From positions 122,569 through 186,568 of the IMG/VR virus record IMGVR_UViG_3300026549_000001: 64,000 nt of DNA; one strand, written 5' to 3'. A model generated the notes under the pieces. That model saw nothing but the letters and a program-made list of their open reading frames with translations. It was not told where the DNA came from and did no database searches. This DNA is from a virus. Lineage: Duplodnaviria > Heunggongvirae > Uroviricota > Caudoviricetes. The number at the start of each line of letters is the position of its first letter. Within the stretch, counting starts at the first letter, position 1. The position numbers and the translations under genes were made by a program. Below are positions 8,923-17,406 of this stretch, piece after piece.

Positions 8923-10014
8923 CTATATTTCTATAAGGTCTCCAACAATCAATCTAACAAATGCCGCATCAGTCATTTTAGCAAGCATTTCATCTACCGT
9001 TCTTCCGTCCAATGTTCCAAATTGGAAATGCTTGTACGGATTATTTTTAATAGCAAGAGCAATAGTTTTTCTATCTCCCTCAAGAGTAGAAACATACGCT
9101 ACCGCATCTGTGATTTCTCTCTTAATAGTAGAATATCTTTCTTCCACTTCATTTATCATCGAAATATAGTGCGGATATTGCTTTTTGATTGTTTCTATGC
9201 TAATATCATCAACTCTTAACATTAACGCAATTTCTTTATAGTCAAGACAATTATTATTAATTAGATGATGACAGAAAATATATTCAGGAGACTTAATTTT
9301 TATTCTATTATAAGAAGCATCTACTACTACAAAACCCTCATGTTCAGTAGAATCTGAAAAATTAAGTTTTTGAACGGCAGTAATGCAGTCCGTAAGGCTG
9401 TGAAGGGCATATTCTTTTGGTTTGATTATCCCTATGTTGGCTTCTAACTCATATCCTGTCTTATTATTCCGAGTACCAATATGATAAAGTAATGATTCTG
9501 AATATTGTACTACCACTTGATTTAATGGGGAAGTAAGCTCAAAGATATAAGTATAATCCTTATTGAGTATATCAAAAGGAATATTGTTATAATTATCACA
9601 ACTTTCTACTAATGAGTAAAAAGATTTACCGCTATTATGAATTGCGTTTTTAGCATCTATCATTCCATTGGTGGAAAATTGCCAACTATTAGTATACGGA
9701 TTAAACCACAGTTTAATAATAGAGCCGTCCATTTTTTCCAATACTCTTGCAGTAGACCATTCTATTTTATCCGCATAGCTTTCATGTGAATTTCCAAACT
9801 TACGAAATGGGTAACACACCACATCATAAGTAGTTTTATCAAGAATAATACCTCTTGCCTCTTGCACAATCGGATTTGAAAAATCGCAACCGATACTATA
9901 ATTAAAGATGAGAAAATGCTCATCCTCTTTAACAAGAATGCCAAGATGTTCCATCTTCTCTCTCCAAGTGTTTATATTATCTTTGATAAAATTACTAATG
10001 ATAAAATTATTCAT
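8923..10014 (-). CDS. T4 Rnl1-like RNA ligase
   Basis: EARGIILD, PFRKFGN, motif I EKMDGS, FEL, EGFVV, KIKSPEY. Start reassigned to MNNF at 10014 (RBS AAAGGGGA, overlapping the upstream ORF stop). Confidence 0.85.
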   Translation of the reverse strand: MNNFIISNFIKDNINTWREKMEHLGILVKEDEHFLIFNYSIGCDFSNPIVQEARGIILDKTTYDVVCYPFRKFGNSHESYADKIEWSTARVLEKMDGSIIKLWFNPYTNSWQFSTNGMIDAKNAIHNSGKSFYSLVESCDNYNNIPFDILNKDYTYIFELTSPLNQVVVQYSESLLYHIGTRNNKTGYELEANIGIIKPKEYALHSLTDCITAVQKLNFSDSTEHEGFVVVDASYNRIKIKSPEYIFCHHLINNNCLDYKEIALMLRVDDISIETIKKQYPHYISMINEVEERYSTIKREITDAVAYVSTLEGDRKTIALAIKNNPYKHFQFGTLDGRTVDEMLAKMTDAAFVRLIVGDLIEI

Positions 10015-10177
10015 TAAAGTATTCCCCTTTATGTTTCGGTTTTCGAGAATATTTGGTTTTATCTCTAAAAACAACACTTCTCGGACGGGTAGGCTGTTCA
10101 TAAGAAATATGGTTGCCTGGGTTAGTCCTTTCTTGTTGTTTCAATTTTTTCATAAATTTCTTTTCAGAAAAACTCAT
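10007..10177 (-). CDS. small basic protein, ArfA-like C-terminal motif
   Basis: Not in the track. 56 aa MSFSEKKFMKKLKQQERTNPGNHISYEQPTRPRSVVFRDKTKYSRKPKHKGEYFNE; RBS GGGAG; directly downstream of a consensus promoter. Confidence 0.6.
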   Translation of the reverse strand: MSFSEKKFMKKLKQQERTNPGNHISYEQPTRPRSVVFRDKTKYSRKPKHKGEYFNE

Positions 10178-10210
10178 ATTTACTTAACTCCCTGTTTAGA
10201 TTACAGTAAT

Positions 10211-10239
10211 ATTATATCACATTATAAAAAGAATGTCAA
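10211..10239 (-). promoter_or_regulatory. sigmaA-type promoter of the small ORF-RNA ligase-resolvase operon
   Basis: TTGACA-17-TATAAT. Confidence 0.8.
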
Positions 10240-10283
10240 ATATATAATATTGGGGAACGCTTTTCCACGCTCCCCAATAAAAA

Positions 10284-10991
10284 TTAATTATCATTTACAA
10301 ACTCTATTGGAGCTTGTAGATTTTTTGGATTCCACTTGATAGTAGGATAATAGGTTTTTCCCGCCTTTGTTTTTGCAGTAATCTTTAGGATTTTCATACT
10401 TAACAGCGTGTTAATTTCTTCTTCTGTGAAAGTATGCCCGCTAAACGAACAAGGCAATCGAGAAGTCATCTTGAAACCATAATATGTATATCCTTCATAT
10501 TGCTGTTGCGCTAAACATCCGACAAACACCATGTCTTTCCCTTCTTTGGTTGTAGCCATAAAGGAAATAGTATCACCGTGCAAGAGCGAATCACACTCTT
10601 CGTCAGAAAATCTATAATGCCCCCATTCTCTATTAAATGAGATGGTTTTTCCAATAGGCATAAATTTTCCCGTATACTGTTCTTTATCGCTTTCCACTTC
10701 GGGTTGCTTAAAGAACTCATCTAACAATTTATTGGCAACTTCCTTGTAATTGCTGAAGTCTTTATTGATAAACTGTCCTGTGCTAAATAAAGTACAACGG
10801 GGGCTTAAAATACCAAGTGTAATATTTCCTCGTTCATCATAGTCCACAATAATCGACTGAACTTTTTCGTTCCCCGCCAATTCTTCCAAAATGTCAGCCA
10901 AGTGTTTCACTTCTTGTGTGAACGGAAAATCTTTAGGAAACACAATTTGAAGTCCATTTGATTCATAGGATTGTTTAGGTATATTACTCAT
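10284..10991 (-). CDS. protein with C-terminal repeats resembling topoisomerase IA C-terminal/DUF3945 repeats
   Basis: Two related units: FNREWGHYRFSDEECDSLLHG...KEGK and FSGHTFTEEEINTLL...TKAGKTY. Confidence 0.5.
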   Translation of the reverse strand: MSNIPKQSYESNGLQIVFPKDFPFTQEVKHLADILEELAGNEKVQSIIVDYDERGNITLGILSPRCTLFSTGQFINKDFSNYKEVANKLLDEFFKQPEVESDKEQYTGKFMPIGKTISFNREWGHYRFSDEECDSLLHGDTISFMATTKEGKDMVFVGCLAQQQYEGYTYYGFKMTSRLPCSFSGHTFTEEEINTLLSMKILKITAKTKAGKTYYPTIKWNPKNLQAPIEFVNDN

Positions 10992-11021
10992 TTTTCCTCC
11001 TTACAAAGAGTATTTATAATA

Positions 11022-11050
11022 ATTATACCACAAAATTATTCATTTGTCAA
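11022..11050 (-). promoter_or_regulatory. sigmaA-type promoter
   Basis: TTGACA-17-TATAAT. Confidence 0.75.
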
Positions 11051-11359
11051 TGAGCTTAATACAAAGTCATATAGTTTTTCAACAGTAGAAATATCAATAT
11101 TTACACCATCTACGGTTACACAACCTTCAGTATACTTTGTACCAAATTCTAAATCCCACAACCAATATTTAATGGTTTCAGCATCCCCCTCATTAATTCC
11201 ATCACAAAGCAAGTTTACAAGAGAATCTACTAAACGGGAATGATGTGGGTTAGAACCCAAAAAGATACTACCATCAGATAGTTCATAAAGTCTATCTTCA
11301 TACTCGGTATATTCTTTCAAACTTTCAATTGCATTAATAAAATTCTTTCTACTAATCAT
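11036..11359 (-). CDS. hypothetical protein
   Basis: ORF track; 4-bp overlap with the upstream ATPase. Confidence 0.6.
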   Translation of the reverse strand: MISRKNFINAIESLKEYTEYEDRLYELSDGSIFLGSNPHHSRLVDSLVNLLCDGINEGDAETIKYWLWDLEFGTKYTEGCVTVDGVNIDISTVEKLYDFVLSSLTNE

Positions 11360-13635
11360 TTTTCTTTTTTCCTTCCAAATTTATCATAATCCCAATCTTT
11401 TACAATACATCTATCTAATAAAGATTGGTCTTTCATCATTTTTTCTACTTCAACTGCAATATTTAAATCTTGGTCAATAATGGCTAAAAGCCTTTTTGTG
11501 ACTTCATCATCAAAAATTAAATATTGAGTATCAACAACATAACCATTATCATTTTTAATAAGTGTTTGTGATAATATAAGATTAAGGTTAATAATTAAAT
11601 CATAAGATAAGTTTCTATCATTGTCTAAATGATATAAAAGTCTTGATATAGTACCCCCAACATCTCCTGCGTGGAAGGATGACATAACGCTGTGTCCTGT
11701 TCTTGCGGCTTCGATGGCGGCACAAATAACTTCTTTATCACGACACTCACCAACAATAATCATATTGGGGTGTTCACGCAACGCCGCCTTTATACCTAAT
11801 GCAAAACTCTTAAAATCCTTTATCAATTCCTTTTGTGCTATTTTTACTGTTGGAGTATTAGAAAACTCATTTTCAATAGGGTCTTCTAATGTGATAATTA
11901 CTTTATTATCAAGTACATCTTCGGGCTGTGTAAATGTATTAATACACGCCGCCATAGTAGTTGAATTATGCGTAGGAATATATGAACTTGTGCATAAGAA
12001 AGAATGTGTTGGAGAATCAACAGACAGGCAATAATAATCTTTACTATATCCTGTTATTTCTTGTATATCTTCTATATAAAAGAGAGTATGACTCCTTTGT
12101 TGATTAACTTCAGAATATATTATATTTTCCAATGCTTTTCTTTTTCGAGGAACACATAAAGGCAACATAAATATCGGAGTTAATCTCAATCTATATACTT
12201 TTTGACATTCTTCAATAGTTTCATCTGTATTTTTATATTTACCTATCTTTTCAGTAATAGGAGAACACTTAATTCCTAAAGAACAGGCTATTTCCCTCAC
12301 AGTTTCAATTGCCTGTTTATTTATAAGTTGAATATCAATATGTCCATTTTTATTAACATATCCATCGGTATCAATAAGCCCAGATAATAGCTCCATCTTA
12401 TCTAATGGAGATGCCATCTTGTATATATCAGGAATATGTTTATTATTTTTTACGAGAGAAAATGCGGGTACATTATAATTATGAATACACATATTATGAC
12501 TATTATCAAAAACACAGGATTTTTTATTATAATCTAATGCACATCTATCAAATAGTTCTGTGTCTGTTCCCCATATAGAAGATATATCTGAAAAACCATT
12601 TCCTATCCAAGCTCCTAACCAATAAGGTTTTATGGGTAAAGGAGTATATTTGTATTGACAAGGTTTTGGTCGAGATATGGCAAAGTTTGGTTTTTGTTTA
12701 ATAGAATGTACCCCTATATCTACTAATTGTTGTGTAGATAGCACCTTGACACAATTTTCTTTTTTATTATGTTTACTATTCAAACACTCAACTATCCATA
12801 AATGCCCCGCCCCCGATTTTATTTTTGTACCATCTGAAAATGTTAATTCGTAAAATTTAGTTTCAGGAGGATTATACTTTGCTATTACTTTTGTAGGCTG
12901 TCCATTTATATCAAAAAGGATTTCTCCTACTTCTATATCCTTTAATGGTTTATTTCCGCTTGTCGTTGGAATAATGGTTTCTTTGTAAAGCTCTTTACCG
13001 CTTCCAGTTACTCCTGTGAATAAAGTTATTCCTGAACGCATACTTACAGCTTCATGTAAAGCATTCTCACATTGTTTGGAATAATTGATAGAATCGAATG
13101 TGGGTTTATTAGGTCTAATCATACGAAAAGTACATTGATTCTGGTCTTGTGAAAAACCAAAAGAAGCACGATATTTGTATGAGTTGGATTCATATTTTCC
13201 AAAGAAAGGACTATCTTCAGGAATTCTTACTGTAACAGAAACATCTAATAATTTTTCTCTTACATAATCTTGATTGTATTCTTTCTTTACATTTAATTCG
13301 TAAAAATTACTCCAAGTAATTTTGTTAATGGGAGAACACGGAAGTTGTGTGATTTTACCATAACGAGAAATGTAAGGTCTTTCGGTTACTTTAATATATA
13401 AATCGGAACAATTGTGTTCAGTACACCATACCAAACATTCCTCAACAGTTCGTGTTTGTTTGTAAAAATATTCCCTTATATCATCAGCTAAATTAAGGGA
13501 AAGCGCATCCTCTTGTGGATTATTTTCTACAACTTGATTTTCTGATGTTTGGGCTTCTAATGGCTCATTTTCAATAGGTGTTTGTGGTAATGTAAATCTG
13601 AATCCACTCATTTTTATTTTATCACTTCCCCTCAT
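11356..13635 (-). CDS. PilT/DotB-like secretion ATPase interrupted by an intein
   Basis: Walker A GVTGSGK|STT split by the intein; LEDPIE Asp box, ALREHPNMIIVGECRD Walker B, ARTGHSVMSSFHA His box. Confidence 0.88.
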   Translation of the reverse strand: MRGSDKIKMSGFRFTLPQTPIENEPLEAQTSENQVVENNPQEDALSLNLADDIREYFYKQTRTVEECLVWCTEHNCSDLYIKVTERPYISRYGKITQLPCSPINKITWSNFYELNVKKEYNQDYVREKLLDVSVTVRIPEDSPFFGKYESNSYKYRASFGFSQDQNQCTFRMIRPNKPTFDSINYSKQCENALHEAVSMRSGITLFTGVTGSGKELYKETIIPTTSGNKPLKDIEVGEILFDINGQPTKVIAKYNPPETKFYELTFSDGTKIKSGAGHLWIVECLNSKHNKKENCVKVLSTQQLVDIGVHSIKQKPNFAISRPKPCQYKYTPLPIKPYWLGAWIGNGFSDISSIWGTDTELFDRCALDYNKKSCVFDNSHNMCIHNYNVPAFSLVKNNKHIPDIYKMASPLDKMELLSGLIDTDGYVNKNGHIDIQLINKQAIETVREIACSLGIKCSPITEKIGKYKNTDETIEECQKVYRLRLTPIFMLPLCVPRKRKALENIIYSEVNQQRSHTLFYIEDIQEITGYSKDYYCLSVDSPTHSFLCTSSYIPTHNSTTMAACINTFTQPEDVLDNKVIITLEDPIENEFSNTPTVKIAQKELIKDFKSFALGIKAALREHPNMIIVGECRDKEVICAAIEAARTGHSVMSSFHAGDVGGTISRLLYHLDNDRNLSYDLIINLNLILSQTLIKNDNGYVVDTQYLIFDDEVTKRLLAIIDQDLNIAVEVEKMMKDQSLLDRCIVKDWDYDKFGRKKEK
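11965..12993 (-). mobile_element. 343-aa intein with LAGLIDADG homing endonuclease (class-3 WCT signature, Glu at position 1)
   Basis: Starts ELYKETIIPT; block B GAGHLW; blocks C/E YWLGAWIGNG and LSGLIDTDG; block F YYCLSVDSPTHSF; ends IPTHN followed by Ser+1. Confidence 0.88.
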
Positions 13636-13645
13636 TCATTATTTT

Positions 13646-14026
13646 TTAACAGGTGGCTACATTTTCATACTTTATTTCTGAAACAGCAAAGTACCAATAA
13701 TCTCCATGATTGTATATTTTATCCCACCATTCATCAAGATTGGTTGTGGCGGCGGGAACTAAAAATTCAGTATATTCAGTTCCCTTGTTAGCATTAAGAA
13801 CTTCTTTTTTCCAATACTCAACTTCTTCTTTAAATTCTTCCTCTGTTAAAAGAGGATAACCACCTTCAATACTCGGATATTCTTGAATGAAATATTCTGC
13901 TATATCTGCAAAAATATTTCCATCATGATACCCTTCTTCACAATGATTGTATGTTAAGTAGAACTCATAGCATTTAAATAGTTTCTCTTTGGGGCGCATA
14001 TCTACATATACTCTCATAGCACACAC
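13646..14026 (-). CDS. hypothetical acidic protein
   Basis: ORF track. Confidence 0.55.
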   Translation of the reverse strand: MCAMRVYVDMRPKEKLFKCYEFYLTYNHCEEGYHDGNIFADIAEYFIQEYPSIEGGYPLLTEEEFKEEVEYWKKEVLNANKGTEYTEFLVPAATTNLDEWWDKIYNHGDYWYFAVSEIKYENVATC

Positions 14027-14032
14027 CTCAAA

Positions 14033-15163
14033 TTAAACATTGTCTAATATATTGTGTAATTCCTCTGTATATATATTAAACAAGTCAGATGTTTCACACA
14101 TAGCAATAACTAATATCAATGCTTTTTGTATATCTTCCTTTGTTGATATTCTGCGTTGAAAAGATAATTCAGAAGATGCATCATCATCCGCTTTTGCAGA
14201 AAAATAGAACATATAGTAGTCATCTTCAGGATTTTCCTGTTTAATGGATATAAACTTACAAGGACTCATAGTATCAGTATATCGTGTCCAAATTGTAATA
14301 TCAGGAATATCTGTACTGTTTTCTACTGCGTTTAGATAATGGGAATTATCATTAAACCTAACAACAAAATCTTTATGTATAAGAGTTTCACAATTTTTAC
14401 GAGACTGTAACCATTGTTCTTTTGTAGTTGAAGTTAAATGTTCTACTAATTCAACAGTAAACTTTTCTAACAAACTATCATTTGAACCTACCGCCATGCA
14501 TTTTTTATTGTTAATACGGAATACTTCTTTTTCTACTGTGCCAACTTCAAAATTATCATCGGGTATTCCAAGCTCTTTTGAAAATTCTTCTCGAATTTGC
14601 TTATGCTTCTCTGCAAACTCCGCTTTGGAGTATAGAGGCTCTTCAAAAGGCAATGTGTTGTATTCCGCACCTCCATCATTACCGTTTTTAGGGGCATCAA
14701 ATCTTGATAACAATTCAATTGCGGCATTATAGGTTTGAACTGCTTGTGTTAAGCTACATTGAAGGGTGGGAGCATATCCCGCAAAAAACCTTGCTTCATC
14801 TATACCACCAATAGCAACTCTCTTAAATCTTGTTTCAAATTCGTCAGGATGTTCGTCACGATATTTATACCATTTTTTTGTTGCTTCGGCTATCTTCTCT
14901 CCGTACTTTTCTTCAAAAGCGTCTTTGTGGAGCTTTTCAGCCCAAGTATCTTTTACTACTCGAATAGATGACGATGAGAATTGATGGTTTTCATCAAGCG
15001 TAAATATTCCTTTTTTGTAGAATTCTGCGGCATCTCTCGCCATATTTCTAATAAATAGTGGAGTACAATTATATGTACCATCACCATTATCAGTAAAATA
15101 ACGGCTGTCTATATTTCCTTTTGGAAGTGTTACAGGACGATATAAGCTATCTATAAAATTCAT
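14033..15163 (-). CDS. hypothetical protein (376 aa)
   Basis: Long ORF with GGAGAG RBS; no motif recognised. Confidence 0.7.
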   Translation of the reverse strand: MNFIDSLYRPVTLPKGNIDSRYFTDNGDGTYNCTPLFIRNMARDAAEFYKKGIFTLDENHQFSSSSIRVVKDTWAEKLHKDAFEEKYGEKIAEATKKWYKYRDEHPDEFETRFKRVAIGGIDEARFFAGYAPTLQCSLTQAVQTYNAAIELLSRFDAPKNGNDGGAEYNTLPFEEPLYSKAEFAEKHKQIREEFSKELGIPDDNFEVGTVEKEVFRINNKKCMAVGSNDSLLEKFTVELVEHLTSTTKEQWLQSRKNCETLIHKDFVVRFNDNSHYLNAVENSTDIPDITIWTRYTDTMSPCKFISIKQENPEDDYYMFYFSAKADDDASSELSFQRRISTKEDIQKALILVIAMCETSDLFNIYTEELHNILDNV

Positions 15164-15203
15164 TGGCTCTCCTTGAATATATTACTTATCATCAATTACT
15201 TAA

Positions 15204-16511
15204 TTATTGTAAATCCTCTCCAATAGCGGGTGAGAATATACCTGTGCCACTATCTCCAACAATAGAACCTTGATTTTGTTGAAAAGATAATGGAAATTGC
15301 AAAGCGGCAAAATGTTCATACTTTCTCGGTTTTCTGTGAATATAATTATCTAAAAAGTCAGCCGCTTGAGTCAAACTTTTACTTGCAAGAATATCTCTAT
15401 CTTTACAGTCAGCAAATAATCTTGCTACTCTTGTTTTTAATTCCTCTCTGTCATTTCCTGTAACTAAAATAGAACAGTTAAATTGACAGAAAGTTTCTCC
15501 TTTTTCAATCTCTCCTAATGCGTATGATGCGATGGCGACAGATTCAGAAAGTTCGTCCAATGCTTCTTCCTGTGCCTGTCCGAACTCAACTGCTTGTTCC
15601 ATTTCATATTTATCTTCTGCACGAGTTCTCTTTAGCTTAATGGATGCTTCTTCCTTTTTCATACATCTTATGGTAGTTACACATCCATCATAATCCATTG
15701 GAAAATAAGCTGAATTTATTTTTAGAGGGAAATTCTTAATATCTACCATACAACCATAAGTGGATTGTTGTGGTAAATCAAAAATATCAACTCCGTCATT
15801 ATGCATCTCAAACCATCCAAAATTATCTGAAACAGTTTGTGATACTGCACCCATTATATTCTCAAAATTATTTTCATTTATAAAAGATAATTGGTCGTAA
15901 CTTATTTCATAACAAGGATATACCTTGCTTACATAAGTGTAGAATACCAATTCCCGACTTGCACGGGCGCATTTATGGCGAATTGTGCCATAAATATTTT
16001 TTTCAATATCTAATATCTTTTCTGCATTAACATTGAGATTACCCAACCCAGTTAGTCCCGCAACGGCGCGTTTGAATAGCTGTTTAGCCGTTTCAAAAAT
16101 AGAATTATCTTCAACATTTGCAATATCTGTTTGTTGAATATCTATACCCAAAATGGAATAACTCTGTGAGTCATCCCTTAAATTATAAGAAAATTCGGGT
16201 GGCATATCAAAATCTTCTCTATACATTTTGATAGTTTCCACCAAATTGCTTTTTACATCCTTTGCTCGAATAATCTTATCAATTCGCTCTATGGAAAATT
16301 CTAAATTAGGTCTTTGCCCCGCTAATCCAGACATTAAACTGGTTAATTCTCTAATAGCCCGAACTATACCTTCAGGAGAGGAGGTAGAATAGTTAGTAGT
16401 AGGCAATATATAAAAGGCAGTAATGATGCCGTTATTATATAATATGTTATCGCCAATAATTTGGAGCTTATTATCTGTCCTTGTACTAACCTGTGGTTTT
16501 GTATTTGCCAT
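15204..16511 (-). CDS. VirB4/TcpF-like protein, N-terminal half only (no Walker motifs)
   Basis: N-terminal NILYNNGIITAFYILPTTNY and C-terminal CSILVTGNDREELK...LTQAADF resemble Gram-positive VirB4 N-regions; lies directly downstream of a TcpE-like gene. Confidence 0.5.
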   Translation of the reverse strand: MANTKPQVSTRTDNKLQIIGDNILYNNGIITAFYILPTTNYSTSSPEGIVRAIRELTSLMSGLAGQRPNLEFSIERIDKIIRAKDVKSNLVETIKMYREDFDMPPEFSYNLRDDSQSYSILGIDIQQTDIANVEDNSIFETAKQLFKRAVAGLTGLGNLNVNAEKILDIEKNIYGTIRHKCARASRELVFYTYVSKVYPCYEISYDQLSFINENNFENIMGAVSQTVSDNFGWFEMHNDGVDIFDLPQQSTYGCMVDIKNFPLKINSAYFPMDYDGCVTTIRCMKKEEASIKLKRTRAEDKYEMEQAVEFGQAQEEALDELSESVAIASYALGEIEKGETFCQFNCSILVTGNDREELKTRVARLFADCKDRDILASKSLTQAADFLDNYIHRKPRKYEHFAALQFPLSFQQNQGSIVGDSGTGIFSPAIGEDLQ

Positions 16512-16534
16512 TATACATTAACCTCCCTTCATAA

Positions 16535-16942
16535 TTAAAATGATTGCTTTATAACTGCTTTAATTTTCACATTTGTAAATGCAAAATTTCTTTTTCTCAT
16601 ATCAAAATGATTGGTATATACTTTCTTTGGCTTAAAATAGGCTATTAGATACTGATATAATCTATATCCCGAAAACTGAACAGCCCACATTGCATATCCT
16701 ACGCCAATACCTAATACCAACCAAAGTAGCATATATTTCCAATTCCACGCCGTACCAAGTGGATTGAACATATTTATCTTTAAAAACGCGGCAAGGATTC
16801 CACCAAAAGCAATTATAGCAAAAGCAATAGGTACAGTTACTTTTGCGAATGCTGTTGAAAATCCTCCCGCAATTCCGTAACCTCCTATTTGGTACAACTT
16901 GCGGTCACGCTTATATAATCCACTACAATTATATAACCACAT
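16535..16942 (-). CDS. TcpE/VirB3-like membrane protein
   Basis: YKRDRKLYQIG start, two TM segments, SGYRLYQYLIAYFKPKKVY tail. Confidence 0.55.
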   Translation of the reverse strand: MWLYNCSGLYKRDRKLYQIGGYGIAGGFSTAFAKVTVPIAFAIIAFGGILAAFLKINMFNPLGTAWNWKYMLLWLVLGIGVGYAMWAVQFSGYRLYQYLIAYFKPKKVYTNHFDMRKRNFAFTNVKIKAVIKQSF

Positions 16943-16960
16943 TGTTATTTTCCCTTCCTT

Positions 16961-17386
16961 TTATACTTGTTTGATGGTTAGTTTAGAATAAAAGTCATCC
17001 ACCATAGTTTTATCATATCCCGCAATAATAACCATTCTATTAGATGATACTTTTATAACTCTATTATATTCTGTAAAGTCCAATCCTTCATCATTTTTGC
17101 AAGAATAGTATATATAAGTATCTGTATTATCATATACTTCTAATATATCTTTATGGTTAGCTACAATATCCTTAAAGATATTAAACCAAGACATTTCATC
17201 TGTTATCAATATTGCGGCTACAATATTTTCATTTTTATCAAATGCAATTATTTCTTCATTTTGTTTTTGTAATTTATATCCACCATTAACTATTAGTTGT
17301 AGCTCGGATATATTATATGTTCTTTTACAACCAACAAAACTAAAAAGTATTAGTATTGATAAAAAAATTATTATATATTTTCTCAT
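16961..17386 (-). CDS. putative lipoprotein
   Basis: Signal peptide with lipobox FVGC. Confidence 0.6.
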   Translation of the reverse strand: MRKYIIIFLSILILFSFVGCKRTYNISELQLIVNGGYKLQKQNEEIIAFDKNENIVAAILITDEMSWFNIFKDIVANHKDILEVYDNTDTYIYYSCKNDEGLDFTEYNRVIKVSSNRMVIIAGYDKTMVDDFYSKLTIKQV

Positions 17387-17406
17387 TATAATAAATTCCC
17401 TTCTAT

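Noticed and set aside
9908-10339. 143-aa plus-strand ORF, and the 10101 start for the RNA ligase
   Set aside because: A minus-strand 56-aa ORF (10007-10177) with promoter and RBS, plus a ligase start at 10014, explains the region better.
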